The notes beneath the pieces were generated by a model. The model did not search any database and had not been told where the DNA came from. It saw only the letters and a list, made by a program, of their open reading frames with translations. From Synergistaceae bacterium (GTDB taxonomy: Bacteria > Synergistota > Synergistia > Synergistales > Synergistaceae): DNA of 34,249 nt. Below are positions 24,165-31,209 of the stretch, piece after piece (position 1 is the stretch's first letter; each line of letters begins with the position of its first letter). The stretch covers positions 1 through 34,249 of the forward strand of contig JAUNSQ010000002.1 of assembly GCA_030539135.1 (NCBI GenBank). The letters are read 5' to 3'. The translations under genes and the position numbers were made by a program.

Positions 24165-25347
24165 GAGACGCGAGATGACCTCGGGAAACTTGGCTTTCGC
24201 CGAGGCGATGAGGCAGATAAATCCAGACGTCGTAGCCGCGTACCCTATAACCCCGTCCACCGATATCCCCGTCCGCTTCGCCGAATTTGTCGCGAACGGG
24301 CAGGTAGATTCCGAATATGTTGCGGTCGAGAGCGAGCACTCCGCGATAACGGCATGCGTGGGCGCGTCCGTCGCCGGCGCGCGCGTCATGACCGCGTCGA
24401 GCGCCAACGGAGTCGCGCTGATGCATGAGATATTCCCTATAGCTTCGGCCTTTAGGGCCCCGATCGTATTTGGCCTTGTGAACAGATGCCTCGGAGCGCC
24501 GGTCAATATCCACTGCGACCATTCGGACAGCATGGCCGAGCGAGATTCTGGGTGGATACAGATATACTGCGAGGACGCGCAGGAAGTCTACGACAGCGTG
24601 CTTCTCGCGGTCAGGCTGGCGGAGCATAAGAAGGTGCTTACTCCTGTGTTCGTCTGTCAGGACGGATTTATAACGAGCCATTGTTTTGAGCCTGTGGAAT
24701 TCCTCGCCGACGACGCGGTGAAAAAATTTGTCGGCGTCCGCGACCCGCAGTACCCCCTGCTTGACGTTGACAACCCCGTTTCATACGGCTCGTTCACGAT
24801 GTCCGAATACTATTTTGAGATCAAACGCAATCAGATAGAGGGCATCAACAACGTGCCGAAAGTATATCGCGAACTGTCGGCGGAGTTGGCGAAAGAGACC
24901 GGCCGCGAATATCCGATGGTCGACGCTTACAGGGCCGACGACGCGGACTATCTGATAATCATCATGTCCTCCGCGTCGGGAGTCGTCAAGGACGTCGTCG
25001 ATGAGATGCGCGAGGACGGCGTAAAGGCAGGATGTCTGCGCGTGAGGTTTTTCCGCCCGTTTCCGAAGGACGACTTGATGCGCCTTGTGAACGGCAAGAA
25101 GGGAGTCGCCGTTCTTGACAGGTGCCTTAGCATCGGAGGTTCGGCCCCGCTTGCCGCGGAGGTCAAGGCCGCGCTCTATGGGCTTGAACGCCGCGTGCCT
25201 GTGCAGGAATATGTGTTCGGCCTCGGAGGCCGCGATTTCTATCCAAAGGACGCCATCGACGTGTTCTGCAAGCTGGCCGATGATAATTACAGCCCGTCAG
25301 TGCGTTACATAGGCCTCCGCGAGAAGGAGGAAGAAAATGTCTATTGA
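24154..25347 (+). CDS. 2-oxoacid:ferredoxin oxidoreductase, alpha subunit
   Basis: Contains GNLAFAEAMRQINPDVVAAYPITPSTDI. The start is uncertain (ATG at 24154 or 24175); the track start at 24115 is probably too early. Confidence 0.85.
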   Translation: MSNKRREMTSGNLAFAEAMRQINPDVVAAYPITPSTDIPVRFAEFVANGQVDSEYVAVESEHSAITACVGASVAGARVMTASSANGVALMHEIFPIASAFRAPIVFGLVNRCLGAPVNIHCDHSDSMAERDSGWIQIYCEDAQEVYDSVLLAVRLAEHKKVLTPVFVCQDGFITSHCFEPVEFLADDAVKKFVGVRDPQYPLLDVDNPVSYGSFTMSEYYFEIKRNQIEGINNVPKVYRELSAELAKETGREYPMVDAYRADDADYLIIIMSSASGVVKDVVDEMREDGVKAGCLRVRFFRPFPKDDLMRLVNGKKGVAVLDRCLSIGGSAPLAAEVKAALYGLERRVPVQEYVFGLGGRDFYPKDAIDVFCKLADDNYSPSVRYIGLREKEEENVY

Positions 25348-26266
25348 TCTCAAGGAACTCATAAAGAAGCCGAACCCCCTTACTCAGGGGCATCGCATGT
25401 GCCCGGGCTGCGGAGCGCCGACGGCGATACGCCAAGCTCTCATGGCTGTGGACGACCCAGTAGTTATCGTGGGGGCCACGGGGTGCATGGAGGTATCGAC
25501 GACTGTATATCCATACAGCGCGTGGCGCGTCCCGTTCATGCACGTGGCTTTTGAGAACGCGGGGGCTGGAATATCCGGCGTGCAGGCCGCGCATAAGGTA
25601 TTGAGCAGACAGGGCCGCGCGAAAGAGGGTATTAAATTCGTCGCGTTCGGCGGTGACGGGGGAACGTACGATATCGGGCTTCAGTCGCTCTCAGGCGCGC
25701 TAGAACGCGGGCATGACTTTACGTACATCTGCTACAACAATCAGGGCTACATGAACACGGGGGCGCAGAGGAGCAGCGCTACGCCGCTGAACGCGAGCGC
25801 GACCACCTCGCCCGCCGGGAGCGTCATCCCCGGAAAATTGCAGAGGGCGAAAGACCTTACGGAGATCGTAGCGGCACACAACATACCTTATGTTGCGCAG
25901 ACGACGTTGCACGACCCTATGGACCTCATAAAGAAAGTCAAGAGGGCCGTAGAGACGCCCGGCCCGGCGTTCGTCAACGTGCTCGTCCCGTGCGTCCTCT
26001 TCTGGAAGATAGACCAAGGCGACCAGATGAAGATATGTCAGTTGGCCGCCGACAGCCGTTTCTGGCCCGTGTACGAGGTCGCGGGCGGGAAATACAGCCT
26101 ATCATACAAGCCGAAGAAGGACGTCCCGCTTGAGGACTTTCTTCGCGCGCAGGGCAGATACTCGCACCTCTTCAAAAAGGGCAGGGAGCGCATGGACCTC
26201 GTAGCGGCCGCGCAGGCCGACGTTGACGAGAGCTGGAAGAAACTGCTTGTGAAGTGCGCGCTCTAA
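25337..26266 (+). CDS. 2-oxoacid:ferredoxin oxidoreductase, beta (TPP-binding) subunit
   Basis: Contains GHRMCPGCG and FGGDGGTYDIG...NNQGYMNTG. Confidence 0.85.
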   Translation: MSIDLKELIKKPNPLTQGHRMCPGCGAPTAIRQALMAVDDPVVIVGATGCMEVSTTVYPYSAWRVPFMHVAFENAGAGISGVQAAHKVLSRQGRAKEGIKFVAFGGDGGTYDIGLQSLSGALERGHDFTYICYNNQGYMNTGAQRSSATPLNASATTSPAGSVIPGKLQRAKDLTEIVAAHNIPYVAQTTLHDPMDLIKKVKRAVETPGPAFVNVLVPCVLFWKIDQGDQMKICQLAADSRFWPVYEVAGGKYSLSYKPKKDVPLEDFLRAQGRYSHLFKKGRERMDLVAAAQADVDESWKKLLVKCAL

Positions 26267-26306
26267 TGATAAGTTTTGCGAAATATCCGCTTTGTATAAA
26301 TTTGCG

Positions 26307-26335
26307 TTGTGTTTTACAAAAATATGTGATATTAT
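26307..26335 (+). promoter_or_regulatory. candidate extended -10 promoter of the Trp-leader/trpB transcript
   Basis: TTGTGT (26307-12), a 17-nt spacer, then TGaTATTAT (extended -10; hexamer at 26330-35). Confidence 0.4.
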
Positions 26336-26367
26336 CCACGCAATCTTGAGATTTAGGGGAAATTTTT

Positions 26368-26427
26368 ATGGTATCAGTTCTTGCGAACGACATGAATAAA
26401 ACAAACTGGTGGTGGCTTCGCGCTTAG
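26368..26427 (+). CDS. Trp-run leader peptide (19 aa)
   Basis: MVSVLANDMNKTNWWWLRA. AGGGGA lies 8 nt upstream of the ATG. There are three consecutive UGG codons at 26407-26415. Confidence 0.65.
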   Translation: MVSVLANDMNKTNWWWLRA

Positions 26428-26460
26428 AATGCCCGCCGGTTTCCCTGTGTATTGATGTAA

Positions 26461-26499
26461 GGGCTCGGACGGGTAAAACGTCGGAGCCCTTTTTATTTT
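26461..26499 (+). terminator. intrinsic terminator T1 (attenuator) upstream of trpB
   Basis: GGGCUCGGACG-GGUAAAA-CGUCGGAGCCC (10 bp, one G.G mismatch) followed by UUUUUAUUUU. Confidence 0.75.
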
Positions 26500-26506
26500 G
26501 GAAGAG

Positions 26507-26544
26507 ATGAAAGGGGAGGAAACAAACCCCTTTCATTTTTTTAT
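26507..26544 (+). terminator. second intrinsic terminator T2 in the trpB leader
   Basis: AUGAAAGGGG-AGGAAACAAA-CCCCUUUCAU forms a perfect 10-bp stem followed by UUUUUUUA. Confidence 0.65.
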
Positions 26545-26595
26545 ATATCGAATACAGCTGAGATAAGCTGAGAAAAGACTGAGGAGGAAACAATC

Positions 26596-27792
26596 ATGAC
26601 AACAAGGACAGCAGGTTTTCCAGAGGGAAAAATGTACGGGAATTTCGGCGGCATGTACGTGCCGAAGGAACTAGAGCCGATAATGACGGAGATCGCCGCG
26701 GAATACGAGAAGTGCAAGGCCGACCCTACGTTCAAAGAAGAATATCTAAGGCTCATGAAGGAATATGTCGGCCGCCCGTCCGCGCTGACAGAATGCGGGA
26801 ACCTTTCAAAAGAGACAGGAGGCGCGCGTATCTTCCTAAAGCGCGAAGACCTGAACCATACCGGAGCGCACAAGATAAACAACTGCATCGGACAGGCCCT
26901 TCTTGCCCGCCGCATGGGAAAGAAAAAGATAATAGCCGAGACTGGAGCCGGGATGCACGGAGTCGCCGCCGCGACCGTAGCCGCCCTGATGGGCATGGAG
27001 TGCGACATCTATATGGGAGCTGTGGACGTGGCGCGTCAGGCTCCGAACGTACTGCGCATGAAGGCTCTGGGGGCGCGGGTCGTATCCGTCGAGGCGGGAC
27101 AGAAGACATTGAAGGAGGCCGTCGACGCGGCGCTCGGCGCGCTGTGCGAGGACACGTCGCTCTTCTACCTCATAGGCTCTGCGGTGGGGCCGCACCCGTA
27201 TCCGGCGATGGTGCAGGACTTCCAGCGGATAATAGGCGACGAGGCGAGGGCGCAGATGCTTGAGCGCGAAGGCCGTCTGCCCGACGCGGTAGTCGCTTGC
27301 GTAGGCGGCGGGAGCAACGCGATAGGGGCTTTCACGGCTTTCATAAACGACAAAGGCGTGAGGCTCATCGGAGTCGAGCCTTCCGGCCGCGGGCTGACCT
27401 ATGGCAACCACGCCGCGTCTCTCACGATGGGCAGGCCCGGCGTTCTTCACGGATTTAAGAGCTATGTGCTGACGAAGGACGACGGCGAACCCGCGGAAGT
27501 ATATTCGATAGCGGCGGGGCTCGATTATCCGTCAGTTGGCCCCGCTCACGCCGCGCTCAAAGAGAGCGGCCGCGGCGAGTATATAGGCGCGAGCGACGCG
27601 GAGGCGTTAGACGCCTTCAAGCTCCTCTGCCGCACCGAGGGCATAATCCCCGCGCTTGAAAGCTCGCACGCCTTGGCAGGGGCTCTCAAAGCAGCGAAGA
27701 CCATGAAGGCGGGAGACATCATCCTAGTCAACCTCTCCGGCCGCGGCGACAAAGATATGGAGACCATCGCGAAATTAGGGATATTGGATTAA
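26596..27792 (+). CDS. trpB: tryptophan synthase beta chain (TrpB1-type), stand-alone
   Basis: Contains [15 protein letters not shown] (PLP lysine), [16 protein letters not shown] and SGRGDKD. GAGGAGG SD. No trpA or other trp genes are in the window. Confidence 0.9.
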   Translation: MTTRTAGFPEGKMYGNFGGMYVPKELEPIMTEIAAEYEKCKADPTFKEEYLRLMKEYVGRPSALTECGNLSKETGGARIFLKREDLNHTGAHKINNCIGQALLARRMGKKKIIAETGAGMHGVAAATVAALMGMECDIYMGAVDVARQAPNVLRMKALGARVVSVEAGQKTLKEAVDAALGALCEDTSLFYLIGSAVGPHPYPAMVQDFQRIIGDEARAQMLEREGRLPDAVVACVGGGSNAIGAFTAFINDKGVRLIGVEPSGRGLTYGNHAASLTMGRPGVLHGFKSYVLTKDDGEPAEVYSIAAGLDYPSVGPAHAALKESGRGEYIGASDAEALDAFKLLCRTEGIIPALESSHALAGALKAAKTMKAGDIILVNLSGRGDKDMETIAKLGILD

Positions 27793-27830
27793 GCGACGAT
27801 AGGCCAAACTATACATTTGCTGTTTATATG

Positions 27831-27857
27831 GGCGCGGGTATTTCTGCCGCGTCCTTT
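27831..27857 (+). terminator. weak terminator-like hairpin after trpB
   Basis: GGCGCGG (27831-37) pairs with CCGCGTC (27847-53), followed by CTTTG. Confidence 0.35.
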
Positions 27858-27931
27858 GTGATATGTTCCACGATGCTCGCTTTTGTGCTAATATTTTATA
27901 GATACAATCGGTTGCATTGCGAGGTGGTCGA

Positions 27932-28510
27932 ATGAAAGTTACTATGAGCGACGTGGCGAAGGCCGCGGGAGTCGATAAAGCTACCGTCAGCCGGGCCTTG
28001 AAGGGCGACCCCCGGATATCCGAGAAGACCAGGGCGCTTGTCATGGACAGCGTGCGCACGCTTGGCTACAGACCCGACCTCAACGCCCGCCACCTTTCGA
28101 CGAACCGCAGCGGCTTCATCGGCCTGCTGCTCAGGGAGCTCAACGCGCCCGGAAGCATCGAGTTCATCTCCGGGCTTGACCGAGCTATTTCCAATTCCGA
28201 ATATGACCTTCTCATAAAGTGCACCGACGGCGACCCGCGCAGGGCCGCGCGCGAGCTTGCCAAACTGTCCGACAGGGACATCGAGGGTTTGATATGGGAA
28301 GATTCGGAGAACTTGCCTAAGGATATTTCCGTGCCATTGCTGACCATCGGATTTAAGCACAGTGGTTCAATATCATTGCTGTCCGAGGACGGTGGGCGGC
28401 TCCTGACATTTGAGACGGGAGCTCTAGCCGGGAGGCTGCTGCTGAACGCGATAATGGGGCGGCCTGTCCCGACCCACGAGGTCATCATCAGAAATTCCAA
28501 AGGGGAATAA
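27932..28510 (+). CDS. LacI-family HTH regulator, unusually short (192 aa)
   Basis: The HTH is MKVTMSDVAKAAGVDKATVSRALKGDPRISEKTRALVMDSVRTLGYRPDLNARHL. This is followed by only about 130 aa of sugar-binding-like domain, whereas normal family members have about 270 aa. Confidence 0.8.
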   Translation: MKVTMSDVAKAAGVDKATVSRALKGDPRISEKTRALVMDSVRTLGYRPDLNARHLSTNRSGFIGLLLRELNAPGSIEFISGLDRAISNSEYDLLIKCTDGDPRRAARELAKLSDRDIEGLIWEDSENLPKDISVPLLTIGFKHSGSISLLSEDGGRLLTFETGALAGRLLLNAIMGRPVPTHEVIIRNSKGE

Positions 28511-28516
28511 TATATT

Positions 28517-30235
28517 TTGACGATATTATTTTCACCGCATAGAAATCATCTCATAAGAATATTTTCATTTGCCGTGCTGTTCGCAGCGGCAATATTTGTT
28601 TTAGCGCCAGCCGCCCGTGCGGAGCGGAGGTTCGATCCGGCGAAGGTATACGGCCCCCGCATCGATAAGCTGTGCATGGTCATCATCAGAAATTCCGACT
28701 CACAGATACTCGCCGCGCAGAAGGGCGACATAGATATATTGGGCGATATCGTGCTGCCTTCGGATATCGACAGACTCAGCCGCGACCCAAATCTGAACAT
28801 GTCGCTTGCCCGAGGGTTTCACGCTTTCTTTCTGCTGATGAACAACAAGACCGCGCCGTGGAACGATAAATACGTGCGCCAAGCCGCCGCCGCGGCCATC
28901 GACCGCAACAATATGGTGAGAACGATATATTCCGGGTACTGCGAACCGATAAACAGCTGGCTTCCTCCCGTCTCCCCTTGGGCGATACCCGAGAGCGGGA
29001 AAAATATCTTTGACCGCGGGCTTGCGCGTGAAAAGCTCAAATCTGCGGGGTATTCATGGAACTTGGCTGGGACGCTTGTGGCTCCAAACGGCAAGGCTAT
29101 TCCCAAACTCAAACTGATGACGCCTCTGGCGCGCGTCGCCCCGACGACGGCGGAGCTCGCGGAGCAGATAGCCGATTCTCTGCGGGCGGTGGGCTTTCCC
29201 GTAGAGGTAGAGCCTATGGATTTCTCGGCGATGCTCGCCAAGCTGAACGACAAAAAATATTCCTTGGCCGTACTTGCGTGGGGTATGGGGCGCAACCCTG
29301 ACTCGCTGTACTCGTTCTACCACAGCTCGATGGACATGCCCGGAGGACAAAATCTCACGGGCACGCATGACAAGCAGCTTGACAATACGCTCGACCGCCT
29401 GCGCTTCGCGAAGAACAAGCAGGACGCTGAGAGGGCGTCGTCGGAGGCGCAGCATCTGCTGGCAGACCTGGTGCCGTCCGTCCCTATATACAGCCGCTTC
29501 TCAGTCGCGGCCGTCTCAAAAAAGTGGAAGAACGTGCTGATGACGGACAAGATAACCGCGGACAACATGTGGACGCTGATGATGGCGGAGCCAAAGGACG
29601 GGAAGAAACGGCCGCTGAACATGGCGCTCGCCGAGGAGCCGCGCAACATGAACCCGTTTGTAGCGAGCAGCGCTTACACGTGGCAGGTGCTTGGAATGAT
29701 ATACGAAGGGATGATAGGGACCGACCCGTTCACTCTGAAAGATATGCCGGCTCTGGCGGAGTCATGGAGCGTCGAGACCGTTGGCGGCGGGGCGGACGCC
29801 CGCACAGTCCTCAATTTCAAAATCAAAAAGGGGCTGAAGTGGAACGACGGGACGCCTCTGACCGCGCATGACGCAAAGGCCACTATAGACTTCCTGAAAA
29901 AGAATAAAGTGCCGCGATATTTCGACGCGGTGAAGAATGTTAAATCGACAGCTGCCTACGACGACGGGCGGCTCGTCGTCCAGATGGACGGCGTCAGCTA
30001 TTGGCATCTGGACAATATAGGCGGCATGATAGTCATGCCGGCGCGGGTGTTGGAGAAGATAAAGGACTGGCAGAACTGGAACCCGCTGGATAAGAGCGCG
30101 AAGTTCGGACCTTACGGACTTATAGGCTGCGGCCCGTTCATGCTTGAGGAATACAAGACCGGCGAATACGTTATGATGAAGCGCAATCCGTATTACAGGA
30201 TGCTCGCCGGTCCGAGAGGCGGCGCGGCGAAATGA
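28517..30235 (+). CDS. ABC transporter substrate-binding protein, family 5 (Opp/Dpp/Nik-type), circularly permuted
   Basis: Signal peptide ends ..AVLFAAAIFVLAPAARA|E. Residues ~45-345 look like the C-terminal two-thirds of DppA-type SBPs (VRQAAAAAIDRNNMV...). Residues ~360-560 look like the canonical N-terminal third (NMNPF...IYEGM...PALAESWSV...KKGLKWNDGTPLTAHD...GCGPFML). TTG start. Confidence 0.85.
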   Translation: MTILFSPHRNHLIRIFSFAVLFAAAIFVLAPAARAERRFDPAKVYGPRIDKLCMVIIRNSDSQILAAQKGDIDILGDIVLPSDIDRLSRDPNLNMSLARGFHAFFLLMNNKTAPWNDKYVRQAAAAAIDRNNMVRTIYSGYCEPINSWLPPVSPWAIPESGKNIFDRGLAREKLKSAGYSWNLAGTLVAPNGKAIPKLKLMTPLARVAPTTAELAEQIADSLRAVGFPVEVEPMDFSAMLAKLNDKKYSLAVLAWGMGRNPDSLYSFYHSSMDMPGGQNLTGTHDKQLDNTLDRLRFAKNKQDAERASSEAQHLLADLVPSVPIYSRFSVAAVSKKWKNVLMTDKITADNMWTLMMAEPKDGKKRPLNMALAEEPRNMNPFVASSAYTWQVLGMIYEGMIGTDPFTLKDMPALAESWSVETVGGGADARTVLNFKIKKGLKWNDGTPLTAHDAKATIDFLKKNKVPRYFDAVKNVKSTAAYDDGRLVVQMDGVSYWHLDNIGGMIVMPARVLEKIKDWQNWNPLDKSAKFGPYGLIGCGPFMLEEYKTGEYVMMKRNPYYRMLAGPRGGAAK

Positions 30236-31209
30236 GCCGTTCGTGGCTGATACGCAGGATATTGTCCTCGCTTGCCGTGCTGGCCGCCGTGCTAGTGCTG
30301 AACTTCCTGCTGTTCCGCATAATGCCCGGCGACGCCGTAAGCACGATAATCGACCCGAACTTCTCGCCTGAGGCCAAGGCGCGTCTGCGCGAGCTTTACG
30401 GGCTTGACAAGCCTATGCTCGAACAGTTCTTCATATACATAAAGCAGATGCTGACGTTTAGCTTCGGGCTGTCGTTCCTGAGCAGGAAGCCCGTATGGGA
30501 CGAACTGTTTTCGCGTCTGCCGTCCACTCTCATACTTATGAGCCTGTCGATGATATTCTCCGCGGCCTTGGGGATATGGCTCGGCATAAAGGCCGCTGTC
30601 AAACGCGGAACGCTCCTTGAGAGGGCGGTGCTCAGGCTTGGCGCGGTTACGGCGTCTTTCCCGGGATTTTTTGTCCAGCTTGTGCTTATAATGCTCTTCG
30701 CCAGGATATTCCCAATTTTCCCTCTGCGCGGCACGCTTTCCGTGCCTCCGCCCACCGGTATATTCGCGTACTTGTGCGACTACGCCATGCACATGGCTCT
30801 CCCTGTGTTCTCTCTGACGCTTATGGGCTTCGGAGGCTGGGCTTTGTTCGTGCGCAATATGATGGTGCGCGCTCTCTCCGAGGACTATATCATAATGGCG
30901 CGCGCGAGGGGGCTCTCGGAGAGCAGGGTGATATACGGACACGCCTTTAGAGCGATACTTCCCCCCATTCTTACGATACTGCTTATGTCCGTTCCCGGGC
31001 TCGTGTCGGGGGCTGTTATAACAGAAACGGTATTCTCGCTTTACGGCGTAGGCACGTTCCTGCTCGAAGCCGTGTCCGGTCATGATTACCCGTCTGCGGG
31101 GGCCGCGTTCTATCTGCTTGCTCTGATAACCGTCGTCTGCAACCTGCTCGCCGATATCGTCTACGGCATGGTAGACCCCCGCGTGCGCATAGAGGGGCGC
31201 AACCAATGA
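30232..31209 (+). CDS. ABC transporter permease (DppB/OppB-like)
   Basis: Begins RRILSSLAVLAAVLVLNFLLFRIMPGD and shows a BPD_transp_1 EAA-loop pattern. ATGA overlap with the SBP gene. Confidence 0.85.
   Translation: MSRSWLIRRILSSLAVLAAVLVLNFLLFRIMPGDAVSTIIDPNFSPEAKARLRELYGLDKPMLEQFFIYIKQMLTFSFGLSFLSRKPVWDELFSRLPSTLILMSLSMIFSAALGIWLGIKAAVKRGTLLERAVLRLGAVTASFPGFFVQLVLIMLFARIFPIFPLRGTLSVPPPTGIFAYLCDYAMHMALPVFSLTLMGFGGWALFVRNMMVRALSEDYIIMARARGLSESRVIYGHAFRAILPPILTILLMSVPGLVSGAVITETVFSLYGVGTFLLEAVSGHDYPSAGAAFYLLALITVVCNLLADIVYGMVDPRVRIEGRNQ

Noticed and set aside
26507-26566. 19-codon ORF MKGEETNPFHFFIYRIQLR starting inside terminator T2
   Set aside because: The GGAAGAG purine tract abuts the ATG with essentially no spacer. 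There is no codon run, and the ORF is simply the terminator stem read as protein. I treat it as non-coding.
28621-28645. tRNA T-arm-like string GGAGGTTCGATCCGG
   Set aside because: It lies inside the SBP coding sequence. No acceptor, D or anticodon stems can be built around it.
30292-31206. 304-aa ORF on the - strand
   Set aside because: It is fully antisense to the DppB-like permease, whose family motifs are unambiguous. It is Arg/His/Glu-rich with no recognisable domain. The same reasoning applies to the other long antisense ORFs in the track: 1573-2298, 6495-7055, 6791-7270, 14608-15291, 17398-18159, 20122-20799, 20862-21509, 21819-22367, 22364-23026, 24157-24681, 26541-27008, 26836-27450, 27896-28360 and 28819-29295.
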